From the human T2T-CHM13v2.0 reference genome, Homo sapiens: 64,000 bases of DNA. Under the pieces are notes generated by a model. It was not told the DNA's origin. It saw nothing but the letters and a program-made list of their open reading frames with translations, and searched no databases. The stretch lies in assembly GCF_009914755.1 (NCBI RefSeq), contig NC_060936.1. One strand, written 5' to 3'. Position numbers and translations under genes: made by a program. Shown here piece by piece: positions 1-14,055 of the stretch. Within the stretch, counting starts at the first letter, position 1, and every line of letters starts with the position of its first letter.

Positions 1-3000
1 CAATATTAACCTTAAATGTAAATGGGCTAAATGCCCCCAATTAAAAGACACAGACTGGCAAATTGAACAAAGAGTCAAGACCCATCAGTGTGCTCTATTC
101 AGGAGACCCATCTCATGTGCAGAGACACATATAGGCTCAAAATAAAGGGATGGAGGAAGATCTACCAAGCAAATGGAAAACAAAAAAAAGCAGGGGTTGC
201 AATCCTAGTCTCTGATAAAAAAAGACTTTAAACCAACAAAGAGACAAACAACTCAAAAGAGACAAAGGCCATTACATAATGGTAAAGGGATCAATTCAAC
301 AGGAAGAGCTAACTATCCTAAACATATATGCACCCAATACATGAGCACCCAGATTCATAAAGCAAGTCCTTAGAGACCTACAAGGAGACTTAGACTCCCA
401 CACATTAATAATGGGAGAATTTAACACCCCACTGTCAACATTAGACAGATCAATGAGACAGAAGGTTAACAAGGATATCCAGGACTTCAACACAGCTCTT
501 CACCAAGTGGACCTAATAGACATGTACAGAACTCTCCACCCCAAATCAACAGAGTATACATTCTTCTCAGCACCACATCGCACTTATTCCAAAATTGACC
601 ACACAGTTGGAAGTAAAGCACTCCTCAGCAAATGTAAAAGAAAAGAAATCACAAAAAAACTGCCTCTCAGACCACAGTGCATTCAAATTAGAACTCAGGA
701 TTAGGAAAATCACTCAAAACCGCACAACTACATGGAAACTGAACAACCTGTTTCTGAATCACTACTGGGTAAATAACGAATTGAAGGCAGAAATAAAGAT
801 TTTCTTTGAAACCAATGAGAACTAAGACACAATGACCAGAATCTCTGGGACACATTTAAAGCAGTGTGTACAGGGAAATTTATAGCACTAAATGCCCACA
901 AGAGAAGCAGGAAAGATCTAAAATTGACACCCTAACATCACAATTAAAAGAACAAAAGAAGCAAGAGCAAACAAATTCAAAAGCTAGCAGAAGGCAAGAA
1001 ATAACTAAGATCAGAGCAGAACTGAAGGAGATAGAGACACAAAAAACCCTTCAAAAAATCAATGAATCCAGGAGCTGGTTTTTTGAAAAGATCAACAAAA
1101 TTGATAGACCACTAGCAAGACTAATAAAGAATAAAACAGAGAAGAATCAAACAGACGCAATGAAAAATGATAAATGGGATATCACCATCAATCCCACAGA
1201 AATACAAATTACCATCAGAGAATACTACAAACAACTCTATGCAAATAAACTAGAAAATCTAGGAGAAATGGATAAATTCCTGGACACATACACCCTCCCA
1301 AGACTAAACCAGGAAGAAGTTGAATCTCTGAATAGACCAATAACAGGCTCTGAAATTGAGGCAATAATTAATAGTCTACCACCAAAAAAAAGTCCAGAAC
1401 CAGATGGATTTACAGTCAAATTCTACCAGAGGTACAAAGAGGAGCTGGTACCATTCCTTCTGAAACTATTCCAATCAATAGACAAAGAGAGAATCCTCCC
1501 TAACTCATTTTATGAGGCCAGCATCATCCTGATACCAAAGCCTGGCAGAGACACCACAAAAAAAGAGAATTTTAGACCAATATCCCTGATGAACATCGAT
1601 GTGAAAATCCTCAGTAAAATACCGGCAAACCCAATCCAGCAGCACAAATAAAAAGTTTATCTACCATGATCAGGTCAGCTTCATCCCTAGGTTGCAAGGC
1701 TGGTTCAACATACATAAATCAATCAACATAATCCATCACATAAACAGAACCAACGACAAAAACCACATGATTATCTCAATAGATGCAGAAAAGGCCTTCA
1801 ACAAAATTCAACAGCCCTTCATGCTAAAAACTCTCAATAAACTAGCTATTGATGGGACGTATCTCAAAATAATTAGAGCTAGTTATGACAAACCCACAGC
1901 CAATATCATACTGAATGGGCAAAAACTGGAAGCATTCCCTTTGAAAACTGGCACAAGAAAAGGATGCCCTCTCTCACCACTCCTATTCAACATAGTACTG
2001 GAAGTTCTGGCCAGGGCAATCAGTCAAGAGAAAGAAATAAAGGGTATTCAATTAGGAAAAGAGGAGGTCAAATTGTCTCTGTTTGCAGATGACATGATTG
2101 TACATTTAGAAAGCCCCATCGTCTCAGCCCAAAATCTCCTTATGCTGATAAGCAACTTCAGCAGTCTCAGCATACAAAATCAGTGTGCAAAAATCACAAG
2201 CATTCCTATACGCCAATAACAGACAAACAGAGCCAAATCATGAGTTAACTCCCATTCACAATTGCTTCAAAGAGAATAAAATACTTAGGAATCCAACTTA
2301 CAAGGGTTGCGAAGGGCCTCTTCAAGGAGAACTACAAACCACTGCTCAATGAAATAAAAGAGGATGCAAACAAATGGAAGAACATTCCATGCTCATGGAT
2401 AGGAAGAATCAATATCATGAAAATGGCCATACTGCCCAAGGTAATTTATAGATCCAATGCCATCTCCATCAAGCTACCAATGACTTTCTTCACAGAATTG
2501 GAAAAAACTAAAGTTCATATGGAACCAAAAAAGAGTCTGCATTGCCAAGTCAATCCTAAGCAAAAAGAACAAAGCTGGAGGCATCATGCTACCTGACTTC
2601 AAACTATACTACAAGGCTACAGTAACCAAAACAGCATGGTACTGGTACCAAAATAGAGATATAGACCAATGGAACAGAACAGAGGTCTCAGAAATAACAC
2701 CACACATCTACAACAATCTGATCTTTGACAAACCTGACAAAAACAAGAAATGGAGAAAGGATTCCCTATTTAATAAATGGTGCTGGGAAAACTAGCTAGC
2801 CATATGGAGAAAGCTGAAACTGGATCCCTTCCTTACACCTTATACAAAAATCAGTTCAAGATAGATTAGAGACTTAAATGTTAGACCTAAAACCACAAAA
2901 ACCCCAGAAGAAAACCTAGGTAATACCATTCAGGACATAGGCATGGGCAAGGACTTCATGACTAAAACACCAAAAGCAATGGCAACAAAAGCCAAAATAG

Positions 3001-4020
3001 ACAAATGGGATCTAATTAAACTAAAGAGCTTCTGCACAGCAAAAGAAACTACCGTCAGAGTGAACAGGCAACCTACAGAATGGGAGAAAATTTTTGCAAT
3101 CTACCCATCTGACACAGGGCTAATATCCAGAATCTACAAAGAACTTAAACTTACAAGAAAAAAACAAACAACCTCATCAAAAAATGGTCAAAGGATATGA
3201 AAAGACACTTCTCAAAAGAAGACATTTATGCAGCCAACAGACACATGAAAAAATGCTCATCATCACTGGTTATCAGAGAAATGCAAATCAAAACCACAAT
3301 GGGATACCATCTCACACCAGTGAGAATGGCGATCATTAAAAAGTCAGAAAACAACAGATGCTGGAGATGATGTGGAGAAATAGGAACGCTTTCACACTTT
3401 TGGTGGAAGTATAAATTAGTTCAACCATTGTGGAAGACAGTGTGACAATTCCTCAAGGATCTAGAACTAGAAATACCAGTTGACCCAGCATTCCCATTAC
3501 TGGGTATATACCCAAAGGATTATAAATCATGTTACTATAAAGACACATGCACTCATATGTTTATTGCAGCACTATTCACAATAGCAAAGTCTTGGTACCA
3601 ACCCAAATGTCCATCAATGATAGACTGGATTGAGAAAATGTGGCACATATACACCATGGAATACTATGCAGCCATGAAAAAGGATGAGTTAGTGTCCTTT
3701 GCAGGGACATGGCTGAAGCTGGAAACCATCATTCTACACAAACTATCACAAGGTCAGAAAACCAAACACTGCATGTTCTCATTCACAGGTGGGAATTGAA
3801 CAATGAGAACACTTGGATACAGGGCGGGGAACATTGCACACCAGGGCCTGTTGTGGGGTGGGGGGCTGGGGTAGGGATAACATTAGGAGTAATACCTAAT
3901 GTAAATGATGAGTTGATGGGTGCAGCAAACCTACATGGCACATGTATACCCATGTAACAAAACCTGCATGTTGTGCACAGGTACCCTAGAACTTAAAGTA
4001 TAATAAAATATATATATAAA
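1..4020 (+). mobile_element. LINE-1 (L1PA6-like), ORF2 plus 3'UTR, cut by the window start; ORF2 broken by many stops and frameshifts
   Basis: ORF fragments 411-3799 translate to L1 ORF2p EN/RT/C-terminal segments ([17 protein letters not shown]). The 3'UTR cagggcgggg...ggggctgggg...gagttgatgggtgcagcaaacc is PA6-like, and the A/AT tail ends at about 4020. Confidence 0.95.
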
Positions 4021-4099
4021 TGTTACTAGACTAAACATTATAATGAAAAGATAAGCATTATCAGAACAAAGTTTAAACTTTTATTATCACAAGAGAAAA

Positions 4100-5290
4100 T
4101 TTTAAATGTAAGAGCACAGAGCAATTGAAAGTGAGAGGCTGGAATTAAAAGGTATTCAGGGTAAAACTAAAATAAAATTTTAAAAAGCAAACAAAGTGGT
4201 GTGGCTATATTAATATCAAACCAATGAAATTTTATGGCAAGAAATATTGATGAAAATGAAAAGTAAAATTTCATAATGATGAAGGGGTAAATTAAACTTT
4301 GACAAACAAATCTTATACACGTATATTCCTAATGATAACACCAACAGATACTAGGCAAAGATCAACAGGGAAAAGAAGAAACACATGCAAATCCACAACC
4401 CTAGCTGGGGATTTTAATGAAATGAAAAATCTTACATTTTTCAGTAAACCAATTCTTTCAAAACTGGACTTTTGAGAGAGAATTAAATTCCATAGAAAAG
4501 TATGCCAAGAGAAAATGCAGAGTAAATTATTATCAAAATTACTCTTTCAAGTGACTCTGTTGGAGAGTACAGTAGACTGACTGCATGTAGGAGGGACAAA
4601 AAATTAGTTTGTGCAGGCTTTCTTTTTCTATCCTTTTAAAAACCTTGAACCCACTTGTGTCTTTGTACCTAAGGTATGTTTTTGTTAACCAGCATGTAAA
4701 TAAGCTATTTTTCCCTTCTAACCTGAAAATCTTTCACTGGGTATTAAGTCTGTTGGTATTGTATTTACTGTGGTTTACTTTATGTCTTTTCTTCTACCAT
4801 CATTTAAATTTATCCCACATCTTTTATTTTCCATTGTTTTCCTTTCTTGACTAATTTAGTTTTAATTAAATATATTCTTGCTTTGTTTCTATTGACTTAT
4901 TTAACTAAATATTTTGTCATTATTTTAGTGCTAAGGCTAATTTTGATTACTTCATTCAGGAGGTATCTGTCAGGTCTTGCCACTGTAAAGTTACTCTTTT
5001 CCTTTATAGGTAAGTAATAATTTGAGAATATGTATATATACTTTTCTCATTAAACTTTCACTATCTTGACATCTTTTGACATTTTATAACCCAATTTTTT
5101 TCTATACTTTTTACTTGCCATTTGACTATATGAAAGAGCTTTCTTTTTTCTTTATTTATTCTATATAAGTATATACAGTATAGGTTTTAATTTTATTCTA
5201 TGAGTTATAATGTGTTGCTCTCTTTATTATATGACTCTAAATTTCTTCCAGATTTGTTTAGCTGGAGTCCCTTTAGTTGACATCATGTCC
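4100..5290. mobile_element. Degraded ancient L1M fragments in both orientations
   Basis: 4190-4290 resembles the L1 EN segment KAGVAILISD..GHFIMIKG on +. 4630-4770 and 4940-5010 resemble antisense L1M/L1MC sequence. Boundaries are approximate. Confidence 0.55.
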
Positions 5291-5659
5291 TTTTTAAAAT
5301 TACTCAATATACCCAAGACGTTTAATGCTGAATTCTATGCCAAGTGCTCAACAGTGTTTCCACATGCAATGCAGTTTCATGAGTGGACCTAGATTTTGAA
5401 CAAAGCAACAAAAATGAATTTTGTGAGAAAGTGAAGCAAATTGATGTCATTTGTGGAAACATTTGCAAGCATGCAAATAAGAAGATGGTCATTACAATTT
5501 CTTGGTAAGTTGTAATCTTATGAGAAAAACAAAGTGCATGGTTCGGTTTAAGACATTGATTTTCGTATATTGAGTGTTACTTTTTTTGAGCTGCTATTCC
5601 TCCAGTCATGATAATAAGCAGAAAATGTTCCAGTCTACCATATGAGGAAGAGCTGAAAT

Positions 5660-6050
5660 CACCTTCACTCGCACGTTTGGTAGTTGGCATCTGGCTGTCG
5701 GTTTGAGGCCTCAGTTATTTTTTATATGCCCCTCTCTGTGTTGTCTCTCCTTAGAGCCAGTTTGGGCTTTTTCACAGCATGGTGGTTGAATTCCAAAGGT
5801 AAGTGTCCCAAAACATAGGGATCTAGACAGCAGCTATAACATCTTTATCACCTAATTTTGAAATCACAAGGCATCTTTTCTTCCATACTCTACTAGGTGG
5901 AGCGGTCACTTATTTTCACCCAAATTCAAAGAAAGGAAACTTAGAATCCACTTCTTGGAAGGAGTTTCAAAATTGTATTGTAAGAGCATGTTGGAAGAGA
6001 GATACAGTTGCTTTACATTTCCTTAAGATAACACAGTCTACCAAAGAGGT
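5660..6050. mobile_element. Old MaLR LTR fragment (MLT1-like)
   Basis: Motifs ctggctgtcgg..gaggcctcag, cacagcatggtgg and cacccaaattcaa are typical of MLT1 LTRs. Confidence 0.5.
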
Positions 6051-6577
6051 GAAAGTGGTGAACAGAACATGTCACTTTATTTCTCATTCGATGAGCTTAT
6101 ACAGATAATGAAACATGAGAAGCTTCTGCAGCACACTGCCATATGCATTTAGCTTTTCCAGTTTTTCTGGACAAAGTGACGCAGTAATCATTGTCTTGAT
6201 ATTTGAGGGAAAAAATCTGTCTTTTTGACTTTGCATACATCTTTGTAAATAAACTTATCTTCTTGTAATTTACTGTGAAGATGAGTCCACCAGGAATCTT
6301 GTAATAAATTTTGTCTTTTTATGTTTATTTTTCTCATTGCCATTAAAATTAACTGTCAAATATTTTCAGAAATATTGACTAGGTAAATTCATGGTAACTA
6401 TAGATATACATAGAAACAAATACCACTGCCACATTTCAAGGTAAAGTAGCTTAATCACCCTCATAGTATAATTCAATTGGTATAATGGCATATCCACATA
6501 TTTATCAGAAAAATATAGAGTGTGATATCTAAGTGCTCTAGCAACTGACACACGTGAGTAAAAAAGAAAAGCACATA

Positions 6578-6685
6578 GTTTCATATCCCTGGTTTGGAGG
6601 AAATGAAACATAAGCTTATTTTTAAAACCAACGTTTCATATCTCTGGTTTGGAGGAAATGAAACATAAGATTATTTTTAAAACCA
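6578..6685. repeat. 55-bp tandem duplication (two copies)
   Basis: gtttcatatc(c/t)ctggtttggaggaaatgaaacataag(c/a)ttatttttaaaacca at 6578 and 6633, with 2 mismatches. Confidence 0.95.
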
Positions 6686-7177
6686 CTCAAATTTTAAGAC
6701 ACTGATATTCAATATAATGTACTGTGGGAAACTTGGGCAAAAGTTAAACTAATAATCATGTGACAGGTAATACAATTCATTATATATTCCCATTTACTTA
6801 ACACATTAATTGACATGTTCAAAAATTAAACTTGCTTATATGGTCTTGAAAAACATTGTGTGTGAAATCAACTGCTTGTGATTAAAGCCATATTTTATTC
6901 TCTACTGCAATTTCTAAAATCTGTCCAACATAAATAATAAATATCACATACATGAAATGTATGATTCCCTTCAAAGGAAATTACGCTTTTCTGTGTTGAC
7001 AATTGACAGTTCGAAAAGTTCACTTTACAAAATAATTTTCTACATTATTTTTAAGGAGTAAGCTTTCTTGAAACATTTTAAATATATTTTTTAACAATGA
7101 CAATATTTGATTTATCTAAGACTTTTAAAGAACATGGCATTTAACTAAAACAAGGTACATTTCTTTAAATTACTTAG

Positions 7178-7430
7178 CATAAGATCTACTATTTAATAGC
7201 ACAACAGGGAGACTACAGTCGATAATAACTAAATTGTATATTTTTAAATAACTTTAAAAATGTAATAGGATTGCTTGTAACTCAAAGGATAAGTACTTGA
7301 GGGGATGGGTACACCATTCTCCATGATGCATTTGTTTCACATTGAATGCCTGTATCAAAACATCTCATATACCCCATAAATTTATACACCTACTATGTAC
7401 CCGCAAATTTTCTTAAATAATTTTTTAATT
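7178..7430 (+). mobile_element. L1MA1-3-like 3'UTR fragment
   Basis: tagcacaacaggg..cttgaggggatgg..gcctgtatcaaaacatctcat..cacctactatgtaccc is the L1MA 3' end signature. Confidence 0.8.
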
Positions 7431-7751
7431 TTTATAAATTATTTAGATCAAACTCTTGAAGAACTTATATTCTATAATCACTGAAAACCACTCATTTATT
7501 TTATTCTAACATGCTTTTAGAGAAAATCAATTTTGCAATTGTTTTCTTTCTAATACAGAAAGGTTTGAATACTGAAAAAGAGAAAATTAAAGTCAGAATG
7601 GATAGAATGAAAAACGTTCTGATTGTTGGACAAGCTAAAGTCATACAAATAATTGAATATTGGGTATCAATTCTTAAACTAGAAGAGTCAAATTAGTGTT
7701 TTGTTCAAAGATCCTTTTATGTTTTCATGTTAATTATTTCAACAAGTTGTA

Positions 7752-8690
7752 TTACTTGTCTGAAGCAGAAAATATCTTTCTAAATACAGCTTTGAAGGCT
7801 TGTTTAACTTGCTGATTCCTCAGAGTATAAATAAATGGGTTTAACAACGGGGCAACTGAAGTATTGAGCACAGTTACTCCTTTGCTTAAAGCAACTCTTT
7901 CATTCGCTGATGGCTTTATGTAGATAAACATACAACTACCATAAGTGATGGAGACAACAATCATGTGAGAAGAGCAGGTGGAAAAGGCTTTCTTCTTTTG
8001 CTGAGCTGAAGGGAATTTCAGAATTGTCTTGATGATGTAAGAGTAAGAAAGGATTACTAAAAACAATGTGACAATAAGTGTCATCACAGCTAATAAAAAG
8101 GCAATCAGTTCCAGTAAATGTGTGTCTGAGCAAGAAAGTTGTAGGATAAGAGAAATGTCACAAATGAAATGATCAATGATATTTGAAGCACAGAAATCCA
8201 AGTTAAGACCTAAAATCAGTGGAGTGAAAATGATCAGGAATCCAGTTACCCAAGAACTGAATACAAGCTGGTAGCAAACTTTGTTACTCATGATGGACAT
8301 ATAACGCAAAGGTTTGCAGATGGCAACATAGCGATCATAGGACAGAGCAGCTAGAAGGAAAAATTCTGTAACCCCCAAGAATATGTAAAAAAACAACTGA
8401 GATATGCAACCATTACAGGAAATGGTCTTTTCCCTGGTAACAATGGTGATTAGGAATCTGGGAATGCAAGCAGTTGTGAATGAAATTTCCAGAAAAGAGA
8501 AATTACGGAGGAAGAAATACATTGGAGTCTTGAGCTGGGAATCCAGCAGAATGAGGGCAATGATAGTGAAGTTCCCTATCATGCTCAACACACAATTTAG
8601 AAGTAGAAATAAGAAAATTACAATCTGTAACTGAGAATTATCCGTCAGTCCCAGAAGAATAAATTCTATCTGCCTTGTATGATTCTTCAT
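7752..8690 (-). CDS. OR6C70: Olfactory receptor family 6C, 312 aa, intact
   Basis: Single-exon 7TM ORF with the N-glycosylation site [35 protein letters not shown] and PLLNPFIY. The sequence is recognised as OR6C70. Confidence 0.93.
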   Translation of the reverse strand: MKNHTRQIEFILLGLTDNSQLQIVIFLFLLLNCVLSMIGNFTIIALILLDSQLKTPMYFFLRNFSFLEISFTTACIPRFLITIVTREKTISCNGCISQLFFYIFLGVTEFFLLAALSYDRYVAICKPLRYMSIMSNKVCYQLVFSSWVTGFLIIFTPLILGLNLDFCASNIIDHFICDISLILQLSCSDTHLLELIAFLLAVMTLIVTLFLVILSYSYIIKTILKFPSAQQKKKAFSTCSSHMIVVSITYGSCMFIYIKPSANERVALSKGVTVLNTSVAPLLNPFIYTLRNQQVKQAFKAVFRKIFSASDK

Positions 8691-8716
8691 TTCTCTGTTG
8701 TGATTTCAATCAAATT

Positions 8717-8735
8717 CTAGGAATAAAAAGGTGCA
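8717..8735 (-). promoter_or_regulatory. Splice acceptor of the OR6C70 coding exon
   Basis: The minus strand reads ctttttattcctAG|aatttgattgaaatcacaacagagaaATG, with the AG 26 nt upstream of the start codon. Confidence 0.65.
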
Positions 8736-9122
8736 AGGGTTGAGCTAGGTCCAGGAAAAGATACAGGAAAGTTTCCACACTTACAAACATATACATTTAA
8801 GAGGTAGTACTCCATGGATGTTGAAGATATGATATAGAACTATGCAACAGAAATTGTAAACTAGGGGTTTAAAAGTACAACAAACATCATCTCACTTTGG
8901 AAAATTGATTTGCAAAGCCCTTAATAGTTGATTTTCAAGCTAGTTTTTTTCATGCTTCCACTTCAAGATTCCACTTAATTGTAACTAATTCCAGGTTTGT
9001 CAAGTTGTAAATAAATTAGGTAAAGATCTTGGTTCAGGATTCAAAAATAGTTCATTCATTTTAAAATTATTAATTTCATCTAAAGAAAATGATGCCAGTG
9101 TAATGAATTAAGACCTAAGTTA

Positions 9123-9260
9123 AGGGAAGGCACAGTGACTCATGCCTGTAATCCCAGCACTTGGGAGGCCAAACTGGGGATCGCCTGGGGCCAGGAGTTG
9201 AAGATCAGCGTGAGCAACATAGGGAGATGCCAGCTTGGGTGACAGAGAGAGACCCTGTCT
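9123..9260 (+). mobile_element. Old Alu (AluJ/FLAM-like), internally deleted
   Basis: gcacagtgactcatgcctgtaatcccagcac joined to agcttgggtgacagagagagaccctgtct. Confidence 0.8.
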
Positions 9261-10329
9261 TTTTTGTTAAGAATTAAAAGACCTACAGTCAAATTTTGAA
9301 ACTTTACATTATATTATATTAAAGTGACATTTGTTTAAAGCCCTGCTATACAGCCTTTTTCAACTTCTCTATGAACTACATATGAAGATACGGAAAAATG
9401 CCCCTAAAAAGTATGAGTTGATACCACAACAAAATAAATACTAGTTGAATCTAGGAAACTCAAAACTTAATATTATGCATATATTGCCACATTTACAAAA
9501 AAAAAGTCTATTTAGGACTTAAAAATTTTGTCTTGTGTAATCAAGACCATAGGAGTAAGAAAGAAAACAGATAAAACATTGCATCTCTTCCAAGTCGCTA
9601 CAGTTACAGGTACCTACAGTCTAAACCTACTTTCTAGATGTAATACTGTGAGTGAAAAATCAGTGCTTTCTTGCCACACTATCTGAGTCCCCAACAATTA
9701 TTCATGCAGGTAACCAACGACTATTAATTTAGGGAAATAATGGGGTAGGAAGGGTGTAATCATTTGAATGGGACAAAAGGATTCTGATGGTATTTTAAGT
9801 TTGTTATTGTAGGTTTCCCAGAGTATCAGGTTGCCAATGAAAAAAGTGAAGTGAGTAATAGTACAGAAGTAAAGCAAAGGTGACAGACTGCTAGGAATTA
9901 GAAAGTGGACTTAAAATCCAGCTAAGGATCTGAGAAATAACTTATCAATGGCTACTGAGAAAAAAGGCAATCCACTCTCAGGGTTAAAGTTTGGGAAGCT
10001 TCTTTATTGTTTAATAATTAATTTTTAAATGTTAAGCTGAGTATCACAAACAAACGAAAAAAATAAGACATAAGAAAGTGTAAAATGGCTAAGTTAACAG
10101 TTTAAAGTCAAAGATCTTGAAATTTTTAGAAAAGTTTAATAAAATTTGGAATTTTCTCCATTATTATTAGTTATATGGTCTTGGGAAAACTAACTTTCTT
10201 ACTTTAGTTTTTTCATCTACAAAAAAAAGGTAAAATAATTCTGATCTCAGTTAGAAGGATTAATTGAGATGTATACACAACACATGTCTAATAACTTTAA
10301 TAACCAGTGAAGAGATTAATAAAAATTAA

Positions 10330-10620
<291 letters not shown>

Positions 10621-10933
10621 AAAAAAATTAAAAATGTAGTTAGAGTGTCCATTGTTTTAGTAAGCTTCAAATAGCTGCAGATATAGCAGAGCTCCCTAAT
10701 CACCGAAATCTTTGGAGACTGGTGGGGGTTTCTGGATAGTGGAAAAGATATTCCATGTGTATCATAAAATAAATTACATAATTTATAAAAATCACAGTTC
10801 TGTAGTTAAACATAACTATGTTTCCAAATTTCAGCATCTGATGAGTATAGAATTTGTCCTATTTTCTCAGTTCTGAGAAAGCAAATATATTTGAGTGAAA
10901 TTTCTTCTAGCTCACTTTTAAGATAGAGGGAAG

Positions 10934-11075
10934 GGCTGGGTGTGGTCACTCATGCCTGTAATCCCAGCACTTTGGATGGTTGACAGAGGATATCTCTTGA
11001 GCCCAGTAGTTCAAGACAAGCCTGGACAACATCATGGGACCCCATCTCTTTAAAAAAAGAAGTAAAAAAGAAAAA
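10934..11075 (+). mobile_element. FLAM / Alu left monomer
   Basis: ggctgggtgtggtcactcatgcctgtaatcccagcac...ccccatctct followed by an A-rich tail. Confidence 0.85.
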
Positions 11076-13162
11076 TGCAGAGAAGAAAAACAGTGATAAG
11101 GAGGACTGTAGAAAATACTGCTCACAGCATCTTTGTCTAAAATCGTAATGTTAAGAAACTGTTACTAATACAATATTAAATTTTATTTTTTAATAGTGTA
11201 AGAAATCTACTTACAACTTTTCACATTTTAAGTGAAGGGTAAATGATGCTGAATTAGTTCTCATCTAATTGATTTCATTATCCAAATTCAGATGTAATAT
11301 TAGCAAATTAAATGATGTTTATTTTAGTAAAATTTTGCAGGCTTATTTCAAATAGCTATAAAACTCAAGTTATTCACTAGAATGCAAATGTCACTGACTC
11401 ATTTGACTTAAAACTAAAACTAATACATTCTTTAGAAAATGCACTAATAATAACTTTTCATATAATGAGAATAAAATTCCTGTTTTTTAAAGTACATATT
11501 ATTTGAGAAAAAGCTTAGTGAAAGAGACACACCTATGACAATCCTTAAAGAGGACAAATTCCTGTGGGGAAAAGACAATATTAGAAAGAAGGATGAGGCT
11601 AAAGTCATAATATTTTAAAATTTTCAAAATATAAAGGCATCTTCCAACCTTCTTTTTGAAAATTAAGTTAGGAATTGAGAGTTAGAATAAGAAATTTTTG
11701 AGGAAATAGTAAATTATAAGTTAGCAAATATAAAAATATAACCAGAAAATTGCTACAATGAAAACTAAAAGAGTTTTCAAAAACATCTATTTTCCAACTT
11801 CAGTAGATGTAAAACGTTTAACTGGCTTATTAAGCGACTATAAACATCTTCTAAGAATAAATAATTTTCATTTTACTTACATACTTCTTATATATAAAGA
11901 TTAATGTGTGCTAGCTATGCCAAAATAGCTAAGACTTAGAAAAAGAACACAGATAACTTGAAAGACAGCTCTCCTTTTTGCATATAAGTGCAAAAATACA
12001 AGATAAAACAATATAAATGCATAATAAATAACCTGTGATTTGTTCACTTTCAATGGAATATTTTGCTGCAGATAAAATGTTCAAACTATAGCTACATACA
12101 CAACATAAATAAATCTTATATATGTAATATTAAGTCCAAAAAGCATGTCCCAGAAAAATCATATAATTGATACAATATATAGAATACTAGTTCCCATATA
12201 ATATGATAGGGTTGATAAATGATTGATGGATACATACATACTTATATACATACACAGAGACAGATTCAGGGAGAGAGAAAATGAAAGAGTGCGTGTGTGG
12301 GGGGGGCGTGGATAAATACATTATGCTTGTTGCAAAAAATTGTCTTTTCTTCCCATGATTATTTCCATCAGAAATGCCTAAATACTTCCAGTAACTACAT
12401 GTTCCAGAAGAAATTTTACAATACTAAAACTTGGTTGAAAACATTTTTGGTTCAACTTCATACGAGAAGCTATAACATTGCCAATACTAAGAAAAATAAT
12501 ACGTGTTGCATCGAGTAAGTTTTATTTTCAACTTAAATGATACGTGGACAGTCCAAAATTAGTAATTATCTGTTAGTAATTAACTAACAGTATAAAGGAG
12601 GAAAGCAGTATTTTCGAGATGTCACATTACACTCTGCCATCAAATGTTGATTCCTAAATTAAAGCAATATTAAGCTTTCCTAGGATAGCAAGACTAAGTG
12701 AATGGGCATTACTAATTGACCAATTAAATCCTAACAGTTTTTTTTCACTGAAATCAAAACTAAACAAAGATACTGACCATCATCACTATTATTCAGCACT
12801 ATTCTGAACTCTGTAACCAAATTAAGCATATAAAGGCAAATTATACATGATGAAATTCAATTAAATACTTGATTGGTAGATAAAATAGATTTACTTTCTA
12901 TTGATATTGACTCAGTCCTTAGAATATGACAGATAATAGACTGAAACTATTATAACAAGAAGATAATTCAATAATGAGAGCAGATAAAGCAAATTTCTGA
13001 AAAGGAAAACATTTTTAGAATATATAGTATAAAATGTACCTTTTGAAAAAACAAGCAATTCAATTCTCATATATCAACTAAAAGTCATGGTAGAGTTTAA
13101 GAGTGAAAAATAACTTAATATTTAAAAATAAGCAAATCTAAATAATTTATTCATTCAGATAA

Positions 13163-13316
13163 CTTTTTTGGGGGGGACATGGTATCACTCTGTCAGCCAG
13201 GCTGGACTGCAGTATCATGATCATAGCTCACTGCTACCTCCAACTCTGGGCTCCAGCAATCCTCTTGCCTCAGCCTCCTTGGCTGGTATTACAGGTGCCA
13301 GCCCCTGCACTTGGCT
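13163..13316 (-). mobile_element. FRAM/AluJ monomer
   Basis: cactctgtcagccaggctggactgcag..atcatagctcactgc..gcctcagcctcc. Confidence 0.8.
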
Positions 13317-13722
13317 CTGATAATAACATATTTGGATGTGAGAATATTGACAAATATATATTCTCATAAAAATATTCAAAGTATACATTAGATACAAAAT
13401 TCCAAAGAAGTTTGTGTAAATTGATTTTATTTTTTAATAATGTCTACATTTGCTGCATATAGCTATGACTTTTGCAAATGTGTACAAAACAGTCATGATG
13501 AAAAATAAAATTCTCTTGTAGTGAGATTAAATTATGATATATTTATATTTTTAATAAAATTCAGTTACTCTTAATAGTATTTTATCAAAGGAAATGATTA
13601 AATCGTTATGTTTTTTTAATCTCTATTTTTTTAATAAGAGTGAAAACAACTACTAATGAATTCAGAAATTGATTATATATTTTAGAGTCATATTTTCAAC
13701 TAAGAAAATGGTGATGCACTTC

Positions 13723-14055
13723 ATTTATTTTTTCAGGGATAGAGTCTCACTCTGTTGCCCAGGCTGGGTTGCAGTGGCCCAATCATAGCTCACTGTAACT
13801 TCAAACCCTAGTTCCTGGACTCAGGTGATCCACCTCCAGAAGTAGCTAGAACTACAGATGCACATCACCAGACCTGGCTAATTGTTTTGAATTTTTTTTG
13901 TAGAGATTGTTGGGACGGGTGTAGGGGATGTCTCATTATGTTGCATAGGCTGGTCTCAAATCCCTGGTCTCAAGCAATCCTTCCACCTCAGCCTCCCAAA
14001 GCACTGGGATCCTCCCAAAGCACTGGGATTATAGGTATGAGCCACCACACCCAGA
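13723..14055 (-). mobile_element. AluJ with an internal 19-bp tandem duplication
   Basis: Antisense Alu with J-type atcatagctcactg; cctcccaaagcactgggat occurs twice near 13992-14030. Confidence 0.9.
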
